Assembly: GCA_035444565.1 (NCBI GenBank)
Contig: DAOMOX010000002.1
Span: 8,013 to 72,012, forward strand
DNA from: Candidatus Dojkabacteria bacterium
GTDB taxonomy: Bacteria > Patescibacteriota > Dojkabacteria > B142 > OLB20
DNA: 64,000 bases
Direction: 5' to 3'
Shown: one piece after another, positions 41,108-50,111 of the stretch
Position numbering within the stretch: position 1 is the first letter of the stretch
Layout of the letters: the number at the start of each line of letters is the position of its first letter
Translations under genes and position numbers: made by a program
Notes under the pieces: generated by a model
Database searches by the model: none
What the model was told of the DNA's origin: nothing
The model's input: the letters and a program-made list of their open reading frames with translations, nothing else

Positions 41108-42919
41108 CTAATTGTTGGAATCTTTGGGAATAGCCAAATAGTCTTTGATGGCGATAAATGTATCTAGCCATAACATTCTAGCATTATAGAAGGACAAATC
41201 TCCAACTTGAGGTTCTTCAATCTTTATCAACATGATAAATTTCTTTGAGGGCGAATTATCAAATCCAACATAAGTGGCATTTATCTCTGAAGAATATCCT
41301 GGTTTATCTCTGTAAGGAACTAATGCTGTTCCTGATTTCATGCCAATGTTATATTCACTTAAATCCTGATAGCGAGTTTCCGACAAACTTTTCTTGTAAA
41401 CAGCTCGCATGAGTTGTGCTGTAGTATTTGCAACTTTTTCATCTACAACTTGCATCAATTCTTTAGATTCAAACGTTTTAGATGTTCCATCAGTATTTAA
41501 AACCCTATCGACAACATAAGGTTGCATTCTTTTCCCTTCGTTTGCAATTACACTTATCCCTGCAATCGCTTGGAGAGGAGTCATTTGGTATCCATGCCCA
41601 TAACTGTAAACAGCGTTATCTGCATATTCCCATTTATCAGCATCAGGTAATACTCCTGTCGACTCCCCTGTGAGATCGACACCACTAATTTTACCTACTC
41701 CAAATCTCTCTAAATAATCATGGAATTCTTCACTCGACAATTTGCCTCCGATGTTTCTAAATGCCACATTATCAGATGTCACCATAGCATCTATTACATT
41801 AATTGGTTGGTTTACAGGCTTTTTATCGTAAGTACATATGCATTGTATTCGAGAATCATTACAATTTGCGTTTGGACTTGCATTTGGAGTAATAACTTCA
41901 CACCCACGATGTCCGTTTGGAAGGATAACTTCATCAAACTCTATCTTTTTCAAATCTAAAGCTGCAGCTACAGTGAAAACTTTTGCTACGGAACCGATTT
42001 CGTAAGGAGTCGTTATTGCTTTATTTCCGAATATATTCCCATCTTCTTCGTCATAGTATGTATTTGGATTAAAGTTTGGAAAATTCGTCATAGCCATTAT
42101 AGCGCCTGTCTTAGGATCCATAATGATTCCTGTAATTGACTTCGGTTGGTAATCCGTATATCCATCTTGAATTTTCTTTTCAAGTATGGCTTGAAGTTGC
42201 TTATCAATTGTAGTTACGAGTGTCATTCCTGGTTTTGCCTCAGTTTCATTTGTGTTGTCACCGAGAAATATTGAATTTCCAAAGCTATCTACCTCGCTAT
42301 TACTAACTCCTTCAATCGGTCTTAAACTTCTATCCCAAAACTGTTCTATTCCTCCTACTCCAACCGGCTCACCAAAATCATTGTAACCATAAAAACCAAG
42401 TACATGGCTTGCTAAACTACCTTCGGGATAACTACGAGAATTCACATATTCAAACCTTAGTCCTTCTAATTCATCTCCGCTTTTATCACTTTTCAGTGCA
42501 AGTAATTGATCTCTTTGGTCCACAATGATTCGATCACCAAGCTTTATCCATAATTGTTCACTATCGAGTTTTTCGGTAAGCTCTTCTTCAGTTAGTTGTA
42601 AAACTTCCGAGACTTTCCTGATAAATTCTTCTCTAGACTGTTTTCCTTTGTTTTCCGCATCTTCTAGTTCCGATTTCCAAACATAAAAATCAAAACGAGG
42701 TTCACTAAAAGTAAGCGTTGTCTCATCCTTAGCAAGAATACTTCCACGAACAGCAGGAATTTTTATTTCTCTATATCTCTCATTTGCCAATGCAATAAAC
42801 TCATCTTTATCTACAAATTGCCATTTTGCCAACGAAAAAAGAATAGCTACAAATACTAGTAGAAAACCGACAAAAATAAAACTTAATTTGTAAGAATGGA
42901 ACTTTGATGTTGCTTTCAT
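41108..42919 (-). CDS. ftsI: Class B penicillin-binding protein (FtsI-like)
   Basis: N-terminal TM, RGSI, R.YPEG, GSVAK (SxxK), SDN, KSGT; follows ftsL. Confidence 0.88.
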   Translation of the reverse strand: MKATSKFHSYKLSFIFVGFLLVFVAILFSLAKWQFVDKDEFIALANERYREIKIPAVRGSILAKDETTLTFSEPRFDFYVWKSELEDAENKGKQSREEFIRKVSEVLQLTEEELTEKLDSEQLWIKLGDRIIVDQRDQLLALKSDKSGDELEGLRFEYVNSRSYPEGSLASHVLGFYGYNDFGEPVGVGGIEQFWDRSLRPIEGVSNSEVDSFGNSIFLGDNTNETEAKPGMTLVTTIDKQLQAILEKKIQDGYTDYQPKSITGIIMDPKTGAIMAMTNFPNFNPNTYYDEEDGNIFGNKAITTPYEIGSVAKVFTVAAALDLKKIEFDEVILPNGHRGCEVITPNASPNANCNDSRIQCICTYDKKPVNQPINVIDAMVTSDNVAFRNIGGKLSSEEFHDYLERFGVGKISGVDLTGESTGVLPDADKWEYADNAVYSYGHGYQMTPLQAIAGISVIANEGKRMQPYVVDRVLNTDGTSKTFESKELMQVVDEKVANTTAQLMRAVYKKSLSETRYQDLSEYNIGMKSGTALVPYRDKPGYSSEINATYVGFDNSPSKKFIMLIKIEEPQVGDLSFYNARMLWLDTFIAIKDYLAIPKDSNN

Positions 42920-43233
42920 AGATTGCTATTGTCAGCAATTTTTGTACTTCCGTCAATCATTACGACTTCAGATTCTTTCATATCCAGGTTTTCTATACTT
43001 GTAAGGATTTCTTTCCTAGACTGAAGTTTTAATATTTCAGCTTGTTTAATTTCATTTTCAATTCGCAATCTATTTTGTTCTTCTCTAACTTGTGTAACCC
43101 TCTCACCTTGAGCTCCGACAGTTGTGAGTACGAATAATTGCAATCCAAAAAATACTAAAATCAAAGCCACTGATGTATAAAGAAGAATCTTACTATTGCT
43201 AAGTCTTTCTCTTTTTATGATGATATCTTTCAT
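42916..43233 (-). CDS. FtsL-like cell-division protein
   Basis: Single TM plus coiled coil, between rsmH and ftsI. Confidence 0.65.
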   Translation of the reverse strand: MKDIIIKRERLSNSKILLYTSVALILVFFGLQLFVLTTVGAQGERVTQVREEQNRLRIENEIKQAEILKLQSRKEILTSIENLDMKESEVVMIDGSTKIADNSNL

Positions 43234-43255
43234 ATTTCTAAAATAATATGTAAAT

Positions 43256-44170
43256 TTATATTTTCCTCATCACTCGAAGCCTTGCACTTGAACTTCTTGG
43301 ATTTGTATTAATTTCTTGCTGAGAGGGTTTAATCAACTTCTCAACAACTTCTGCTTGCCCCTTTTCCTCCATATCTCTAATGAAATTTTTCACAATCCTG
43401 TCTTCACCGGAATGAAAACTGATTACTGATAAAATTCCCTCCTGAGCAAGTGCTTCAAACGCTAGGGGCAGAAAAGTCTTCAATGCTCCAATTTCGTCAT
43501 TGACAGCGATTCTTAGCGCTTGAAACACCTTTGCTTCAGGATTCTTGTATGTGCCCTTACGTTTGTATAAGGGTACAACTTCTTGAATTAAGTGTTTTAA
43601 CTGTGTAGTTGTTTTAAAAGGTCGTGTTTTTCTGTACTCAATGATTTTTCTTGCTAATTCTTTCTCGAATTTGATGTCAGCCAAATTTTTAAACATATTT
43701 TCCAATTCAGTCTTGTAAAGTGCGTTTAACAAATCACTCGCCTTCACTCCAAGTTGATCATCCAATCTCATATCTAATTCTGTGTTTTTCAAATAGCTTA
43801 TTCCTTCAACTTGATAAATTTGATCTGTTGAAAGTCCTAAATCTGCAATAATTCCATTAAATTCCTTAATTTCTAAATTTTTTAATATCTCATCCAGGTT
43901 TCTGAAGTTCTCATTAACCAAAATGACTTGAACTTTTCCTTTGCTTAAGTCAGTACCTGATTCTTTATATCCTTCTTCAATTAGCCTTTGTTTGAAATTT
44001 TCAAGAGCTGTTTTATCAACATCCATCACCACAAGATTTCCTTTTCCATTTAGTCTTTCAAGTATCAACATTGAATGACCACCTCCTCCTAAAGTTACAT
44101 CGAGATAAGTTCCACCTTCTTTAACATCTATCGAATCAATTGTTTCTTTTAGTAGTACCGGTTTATGCAT
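43256..44170 (-). CDS. rsmH: 16S rRNA m4C1402 methyltransferase
   Basis: HKPVLL.E, D.TLGGGGHS, DLGLS, LDMR, FQALRIAVNDE, ISFHSGEDRIVK, NPRS.SARLR. Confidence 0.96.
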   Translation of the reverse strand: MHKPVLLKETIDSIDVKEGGTYLDVTLGGGGHSMLILERLNGKGNLVVMDVDKTALENFKQRLIEEGYKESGTDLSKGKVQVILVNENFRNLDEILKNLEIKEFNGIIADLGLSTDQIYQVEGISYLKNTELDMRLDDQLGVKASDLLNALYKTELENMFKNLADIKFEKELARKIIEYRKTRPFKTTTQLKHLIQEVVPLYKRKGTYKNPEAKVFQALRIAVNDEIGALKTFLPLAFEALAQEGILSVISFHSGEDRIVKNFIRDMEEKGQAEVVEKLIKPSQQEINTNPRSSSARLRVMRKI

Positions 44171-44603
44171 TGCCTTTATTTAGTTTCATTAATTTCTCTG
44201 CAATATCGTCTGCAGATTTTGTAATTTTTCCAAGTCTTTGTTGCCATTTATCCAAATCCCAAATCTCAACCCAATCTTTCATTCCTAGAAATATTACATC
44301 TGTTTCAATCTGAGCAAATTCTCTTAAGCTTTGTGGTACAACCAATCTTCCTTGCTTATCCAAATCAACCTCAAATGCTCCTGCGATGATAAACCTGAAA
44401 GTGTCTCTTACTGATAGATTCAATATGGGTTCTTTTCCGATTACTCCCAATAATTGATCCCATCTAGCTTTATCGAGTAGTAATACACATCCTTCGTAAC
44501 CTCTGGCAAGTATTAAATTGTTTTCGAGCTCTATTCTTAATTTACTAGGTACTGCAATTCTATTTTTGTCTGTAAGCTTTGTTTCGTAACTTCCTAAAAG
44601 CAT
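44163..44603 (-). CDS. mraZ: Transcriptional regulator MraZ
   Basis: DKNRIAVP and DKQGRLVVP repeats, VEIWD; first gene of the dcw cluster. Confidence 0.95.
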   Translation of the reverse strand: MLLGSYETKLTDKNRIAVPSKLRIELENNLILARGYEGCVLLLDKARWDQLLGVIGKEPILNLSVRDTFRFIIAGAFEVDLDKQGRLVVPQSLREFAQIETDVIFLGMKDWVEIWDLDKWQQRLGKITKSADDIAEKLMKLNKGNA

Positions 44604-44765
44604 GGTGGTGAAAGTGAATTATGAGGAATACTTGTTCTTGATTTGATTCAAGAATAAATATTTAGTGAGCAGTTTATCCCGCCCATTCCCTGGAAAGGGC
44701 GGGATGAAGTAAAAATATTTAATAGTACAAACTTATTAAACTCATCTTGTGCAAGAAGAAGAGTT

Positions 44766-44821
44766 CACCACTTTTCACCACCTTTCCCCAATAGTTTATA
44801 TAATCCTGAATACTTTTTCAA
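44766..44821 (-). promoter_or_regulatory. dcw promoter with MraZ-binding repeats
   Basis: TTGAAA(44821-44816)-N17-TAAACT(44798-44793), followed by TGGGG/TGGTG/TGGTG at a 10-bp period (44790-44766). Confidence 0.75.
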
Positions 44822-44908
44822 GGGTTTAGGAATGGAAAATTGAGAAAATGTTTTCACACACAAATGATATATAGTTGTGATATAATATAACATATTTATA
44901 TTTATCAA

Positions 44909-45445
44909 ATGGGAGCTAAAGATAGACTAGGGTTAAATCTTGCAGAAGGTACTCAACTAGACCATAATACACCAGGCAAATCTCTTGCTAGGTGGGCAAT
45001 TGGTCATGTAGCCATTCCTGCTCTTCCAATCGTATCGTTAATGATTAAAGACATGGCGGTTCCAATGGAAACAGTTACGGGACTTGAAGGCTTTGCACGG
45101 AATGCGGGTACTATTGCTCTCATATCAATTGCTGGTGATGTTTTAGGCAGACGAGGAGCACTTCCCTTAGGAGTCGCAATAGCTGCTACAGCTGGTGCTG
45201 TAGGAATTTCTGGAGAATTCGACATATCTTCATTATTTCGACAAGATTCGTTCCCATTGTCAGTGAATGATGGATTAAATGAAGCACTAATTCTATCCAC
45301 CTATTTTTTAACAGGTATAAATTCGTACATAGCAAAAAATCGTGGAGATGTTATGGTTACATATACAATCGCGAAAATCCTTAAAGGTGCGGTAGACTTA
45401 ACAGCACGTATGCTTAATTCTTCATCTAACAGAAATGATAATTAA
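44909..45445 (+). CDS. Small Gly/Ala-rich membrane protein, unknown function
   Basis: 178 aa with 3-4 hydrophobic segments; TGnTATAAT upstream (44878-44886). Confidence 0.7.
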   Translation: MGAKDRLGLNLAEGTQLDHNTPGKSLARWAIGHVAIPALPIVSLMIKDMAVPMETVTGLEGFARNAGTIALISIAGDVLGRRGALPLGVAIAATAGAVGISGEFDISSLFRQDSFPLSVNDGLNEALILSTYFLTGINSYIAKNRGDVMVTYTIAKILKGAVDLTARMLNSSSNRNDN

Positions 45446-45767
45446 CACTTTAGAATCAGGAGGTATGTATCTTGCAGGTGTATTAGCAGGGTCAGCTGTA
45501 GTAAACTTAATGGACATCAATTTTGAGCCTAAAACTATTGCTTATGGAGCAATAGGTTCAGCTCTAACATGGGGACTTGGATTCATTTTGAACAAATGGA
45601 AGTGTACACCTCTCGAAGATGATACAGCACTGATGGAACTTGCAAATGAAGCTGTACAGAGAGCAATAAATCCACGAAACCTACCTAGAGCTCTATACAC
45701 AGCTGCTGGAATGCTCGCATCTCCAGCATGGATAGCCCTAGTTCAAGCTGGTAGAAACGTGATCTAA
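45435..45767 (+). CDS. Small membrane protein, unknown function
   Basis: 110 aa with three Gly/Ala-rich hydrophobic stretches; overlaps the previous stop. Confidence 0.65.
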   Translation: MIINTLESGGMYLAGVLAGSAVVNLMDINFEPKTIAYGAIGSALTWGLGFILNKWKCTPLEDDTALMELANEAVQRAINPRNLPRALYTAAGMLASPAWIALVQAGRNVI

Positions 45768-45863
45768 TAAAGATGTTATACGTGAAATTATTAGTAATTA
45801 TAATGCAATCTTTTGCATTTAAATTAGTAAAGATAGTAAAATCTCCCAGTTATAAAAAATATA

Positions 45864-46178
45864 ATGCCAGGAGAATTTCTTACTGGAGCAGCTTACGGAC
45901 TCATGGGTAGTTTACCAGCGTGGTTATTTGGCAAAGTAATCCCGAGTGTAGAAACCGATGTCGTTTTCTCTGATAACGCTATCAAAGGTTTACCATTTTT
46001 AATTGTTGGTGGATGGATTGTTGGGAATTTAGCAAATCTCATGTTTAATGCTGGAAAGCCTGATGTAACACCAGTTCTAGATGTACAATTTCAAGGTGGT
46101 ATGATTTTGGGTTCCGCTTTAGGTTCTTTTGCTATTAGAACTTACGAAAGATATAAAAATCGACGGTTCCTAAAATGA
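45864..46178 (+). CDS. Small membrane protein, unknown function
   Basis: 104 aa with three Gly-rich hydrophobic stretches and a basic tail. Confidence 0.65.
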   Translation: MPGEFLTGAAYGLMGSLPAWLFGKVIPSVETDVVFSDNAIKGLPFLIVGGWIVGNLANLMFNAGKPDVTPVLDVQFQGGMILGSALGSFAIRTYERYKNRRFLK

Positions 46179-46251
46179 TTTTTAAACGCAAATCTTGATA
46201 ATACTTTTAGAATTCTCATATTATGCCCCATGTCTTAAAACCAAACATAAT

Positions 46252-46518
46252 TCAAACACTTTGTTGAAAGATATAACTACTTCCCAATCCAAGGAGAACA
46301 GAACTGATAATTTTTACTCTTTTGGGAATAGGTCTTCCAGCTATTGATTCTGGCAGACTTAATAAAGCGTACGTAAGAATAGATCCAAAACCAAACCCAA
46401 TAATAGCCATACCGGCAGTCGATTGCAATACACTCTCGAAAACATTATTTGGGGGTACTTCAGACGATGATTCCCTAAAATCTGGTGGAAATAAACTCAT
46501 ATTGTAAACGTACTTCAA
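46252..46518 (-). CDS. Small two-TM protein, unknown function
   Basis: Two hydrophobic segments; likely start is the ATG at 46500. Confidence 0.5.
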   Translation of the reverse strand: MKYVYNMSLFPPDFRESSSEVPPNNVFESVLQSTAGMAIIGFGFGSILTYALLSLPESIAGRPIPKRVKIISSVLLGLGSSYIFQQSV

Positions 46519-46586
46519 TTAACAATTGAGCAGATTATACAACAATAGTAGTAATATACAACAAGTTTTTAAATCATAATATTGTC

Positions 46587-48383
46587 CTAGTTTATCCAGG
46601 AAATCTCCTCCGTAATTTTACTTAGCAAAGCGTCTGTTCCCACAGTAATCGACTCCTCCCTCGTTCCGCAATTGAAATTACTACTTGTCTGCTCTTTCAC
46701 AGATTCTGAGTAATATGTTTTCAGGCCCATTAGAAAGCCAAACGGAGGTACTCCACCAACTTCTACGCCATATTTTTCTTTAATAACCTCAGGTTTTTCA
46801 AATTCAAATGCTTCCCCTTCTAATTCTCGTAACTTCTCCATATTTATCTTCTCAGTTGCTGGTACACAAACCATGATATTCTTACCGGATTTTTTACCTT
46901 TCAGAATGAGCGCTTTTAGGCCTTCTTCGAGTTTAGTGCCCCTTATTTCTGCTGCTTCTTCAGATGTTTTTACTGGAGCATGTTTTTGATACTCATATTT
47001 CACACCTGCATCATCGAATAGGCTTTTAATCTTCTGAACCAACTGTGAGCCTGGAACAATTTTCCTCTTTATGCTCACAGATGCAATTCTCTTTGTATCA
47101 GAGGGGAATAATGTAGCCTCTCGAATATTATCCAAACCAAGCAACAACATAGTTAACCGCTCCATTCCCATTCCAAAACCACCGTGTTTAGGCATTCCAA
47201 ATTTGAAAATGGCTAAGTAGTCACGGAAATCATCAGGATTAAGACCTTTCAATCTTAAAGATTCCTCCATCATGTCATGTTCATGGATTCTTTGACCTCC
47301 ACTGACAATTTCAGCCTCTCTACAAAGTAAGTCGAAATAATTGGTGACTTCTGGATTTTCTTCGTTTGGGTGAGCATAGAAAGCTGTCTTTTTCCTCAAA
47401 AAATGAGTTACATAGATAAAGTCAGTTCCAAATTCTTCTCGGGCATATTTACAAAGCTCTCTCTCAGCTTCAGGTGATAAGTCAATCTCTTGTCTTTCGT
47501 CATTTCCAGTTCTTTTGTAATAGAGTTCAAGTGCCTCCCTGAAAGTAATCCTAGGGAAAGAAACACTCTCTGGAGCCAGAGCTGATTCAACTCCAAGTGT
47601 TTTCAATTCTCTAGCGTTTTTCTCATTTACACTTTTAACAATAAACTTCACAGTATTCTCAAGCATATCCATAACGTCTTCAAATCCATCTATGAATCCC
47701 ATTTCAAATTCAAACTGAGTGGCTTCTGTAAGATGTCTCCTCGTTGCGGACTTTTCCGCTCTAAAGCACTTCATCAAGGCAAATACTCTTTCATAAACAC
47801 CTACCATCATTTGCTTGTACAATTGAGCACTTTGAGATAATTTTGCTTCTTGATCGAAATAATTAACAGTAAAAAGCTCAGTTCCTCCTTCTGAGGATGC
47901 ACTAATCACATTTGGACCAAAGAATTCGGTAAATCCTTCGCTAGTTAAATATTCACGATATGCAGCGACAATAGTTGCTTGAATTTTGAAAACTGCAGAG
48001 ATTTTTTGGTTTCTAAGGGTTAGTGGTCGATAGTCTAAAATTGTGTCCATCTCTGCATTCAATTCAGGTTTATTGTATTCTACTGGCAATGGAGTCGTTA
48101 CAGGAATCTCAACTATAACTTGAGGACTTATAATTTCAACGCCAAGTTCAGCTTGTTTGGCTTCTTGGACTTTACCAGTTACAGTAATAATTGAACCAGG
48201 TTGTAGATTTTTAACCTTTTCAATCTCGTTTTTATCCTCCATTACTACCTGAACCATACCTCCCCTGTCACGAATCACCATAAAACTTATTTTCCCAAGC
48301 ACACGAACTGCATTCATCCAACCTTTTATCATCACCTCTTCTCCAATATGATCTGTAAGTTTGTTTGAAATTGATCTTTGCAT
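46587..48383 (-). CDS. aspS: Non-discriminating (archaeal-type) aspartyl-tRNA synthetase with a C-terminal YbaK/ProXp-like domain
   Basis: OB fold, QSAQLYKQ, FRAEKS.T.RHLTE, EIVSGGQRIH, P.HGGFG.G.ER; extra ~150 aa with TSEEAA..R, KALIL, GGVPPFG. Confidence 0.9.
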   Translation of the reverse strand: MQRSISNKLTDHIGEEVMIKGWMNAVRVLGKISFMVIRDRGGMVQVVMEDKNEIEKVKNLQPGSIITVTGKVQEAKQAELGVEIISPQVIVEIPVTTPLPVEYNKPELNAEMDTILDYRPLTLRNQKISAVFKIQATIVAAYREYLTSEGFTEFFGPNVISASSEGGTELFTVNYFDQEAKLSQSAQLYKQMMVGVYERVFALMKCFRAEKSATRRHLTEATQFEFEMGFIDGFEDVMDMLENTVKFIVKSVNEKNARELKTLGVESALAPESVSFPRITFREALELYYKRTGNDERQEIDLSPEAERELCKYAREEFGTDFIYVTHFLRKKTAFYAHPNEENPEVTNYFDLLCREAEIVSGGQRIHEHDMMEESLRLKGLNPDDFRDYLAIFKFGMPKHGGFGMGMERLTMLLLGLDNIREATLFPSDTKRIASVSIKRKIVPGSQLVQKIKSLFDDAGVKYEYQKHAPVKTSEEAAEIRGTKLEEGLKALILKGKKSGKNIMVCVPATEKINMEKLRELEGEAFEFEKPEVIKEKYGVEVGGVPPFGFLMGLKTYYSESVKEQTSSNFNCGTREESITVGTDALLSKITEEISWIN

Positions 48384-48394
48384 AAAATTGATTT

Positions 48395-48550
48395 AAAAAA
48401 TAAAAAAGACCCTAAACTACACGTGTAGTCCAAGGGCCTATAAAAGACGGTGCCACCTTGATTCATCCTCTGAGCGAGAGGATCTCAGTGTTGTATTAAT
48501 TTGTTGTCACTTTTACTTTTCGACTCTCAAAAAATATCGAATTCCTGTAA
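48395..48550 (-). promoter_or_regulatory. T-box riboswitch (transcription attenuation) upstream of aspS
   Basis: Antiterminator caagg-TGGCACC-gtc...ggc-ccttg (48460-48431), overlapping terminator hairpin with U tract (48438-48395), Stem III atcctc/gaggat (48483-48465). Confidence 0.85.
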
Positions 48551-48587
48551 TTATGATATTACTTTATTTCTGACCTGAAGACAAGAG

Positions 48588-48812
48588 TTATGAGTGGCCA
48601 CTTGCTTGATCACCTGCAGCTATGTTTTCTAAAGCATCTGCAGCATTTATAGCCAAGTCGGTCAGACCTTTTCCTGCAGCAACTACTAAACCTCCAGCAA
48701 TAGCCGGTGATACTTTTCTCATTTCTGTGGTTCTTAATACACCAGGAGAATTTTCAGAGATAGGATTTCCTTTGCCATCATATAATCCAGGTGAGGGAGG
48801 TATATCATTCAT
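48588..48812 (-). CDS. Small hypothetical protein
   Basis: 74 aa; ATG start after an AT-rich leader; Ala/Gly-rich hydrophobic segment. Confidence 0.5.
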   Translation of the reverse strand: MNDIPPSPGLYDGKGNPISENSPGVLRTTEMRKVSPAIAGGLVVAAGKGLTDLAINAADALENIAAGDQASGHS

Positions 48813-48914
48813 TTATTTATAGGGTTAATTAATGTGCGAATTATATCACATTGCAACCCTTATCCCTCTTTGGAATAGTTTTATTATTAATCAGTGTCTC
48901 TTTTAAATAAATAA

Positions 48915-50111
48915 TTATTGAATTTTGTAGTATTTCTTATTTTTGTATTTCTCAGGCAAATAACTCTGATTCACCTTATTCCCTTTCTTTTCTTCCTGGC
49001 AAGGATACCTGACGTGACCTTTCCCATAACCAAAACTCTCCATTAGACTTGTTGGAGCATTTCTTAAGTGAAGTGGGATTGAATCGGGTCCGTATTTTTC
49101 CAAATCGCTTAAAGCGGAGAAAATACCTTCAGTAGAAGCAATGGACTTAGGACAAGTTGCGAGATATGTGGCTGTTTGGGCCAAAATCAGTTGAGATTCA
49201 GGCATACCTATCATACTCACAGCTTGCATACAGCTAGTTGCCAAAACCATCGCTGTAGGCCTAGCATTTCCAATATCTTCACTTGCAAAAACCAACATCC
49301 TTCTAGCTATAAACATCGGATCCTCACCCGCTTTTATCATCCTTGCAAGATAGTGCAATGTTGCATCAGCATCCCCACCTCTCATGCTCTTTATAAATGC
49401 AGAAATAGTATCGTAATGACTGTCACCTTTCTTATCGTAATAGATTGATTGTTTTTGGAGCGCAGTTTCAACCTCTTTCAAAGTAATTTTGTTAGTGAGT
49501 GATAACAAAAGCTCTAAAGTATTTAATAACGCCCTTGCATCACCATGTGACTGCTGTATGATATATTCTTTTGCTTTTTTCTCGAATTTTGTTTCCGGAT
49601 ATAATTTATCTACACGTTCAAGTAAAATCCCCAAATCTTCTTCAGACAATGAATCAAGTTTGAAAACACGAGACCGTGATAATAGTGGTGAGTTGATATA
49701 AAAAGACGGATTTTCAGTAGTAGCACCAATCATCGTGATTATCCCCTCCTCTACTGCATGTAGAAGACTATCCTGTTGTGCTTTATTGAACCTATGTAAC
49801 TCATCTATGAAGACTATTGTCTGCTTTTGAAACAAATCTCTTCGAGAAAGAGCTTTAGTAATTATTTCTCTTAATTCTTTAACACTACCTCCAACAGCAG
49901 AGAAACTAATAAACTCTGAATTCGTCTGATCAGCAAGTAGCTTGGCTATTGTGGTTTTGCCGGTTCCTGGAGGACCCCAAAAAATGAGTGAGACTAGACT
50001 GCCTTTCTCAAGCAAAACTGTTATCGGTTTACCTTTCCCCAACAAATGCTTCTGTCCCACTACCTCGGACAATTCTTTTGGACGGAGTTTTTCTGCGAGT
50101 GGTGTGCTCAT
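48915..50111 (-). CDS. rarA: Replication-associated recombination AAA+ ATPase RarA/MgsA
   Basis: PLAEKLRP, WGPPGTGKTT, IDELHRFNKAQQD, GATTENP, ISAFIKSMRG, ASEDIGNA. Confidence 0.95.
   Translation of the reverse strand: MSTPLAEKLRPKELSEVVGQKHLLGKGKPITVLLEKGSLVSLIFWGPPGTGKTTIAKLLADQTNSEFISFSAVGGSVKELREIITKALSRRDLFQKQTIVFIDELHRFNKAQQDSLLHAVEEGIITMIGATTENPSFYINSPLLSRSRVFKLDSLSEEDLGILLERVDKLYPETKFEKKAKEYIIQQSHGDARALLNTLELLLSLTNKITLKEVETALQKQSIYYDKKGDSHYDTISAFIKSMRGGDADATLHYLARMIKAGEDPMFIARRMLVFASEDIGNARPTAMVLATSCMQAVSMIGMPESQLILAQTATYLATCPKSIASTEGIFSALSDLEKYGPDSIPLHLRNAPTSLMESFGYGKGHVRYPCQEEKKGNKVNQSYLPEKYKNKKYYKIQ

Noticed and set aside
44676-44705. IS200/IS605 element suggested by the atcccgccc/gggcgggat hairpin
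   Set aside because: No tnpA/tnpB or second end nearby; kept only as part of the mraZ leader observation
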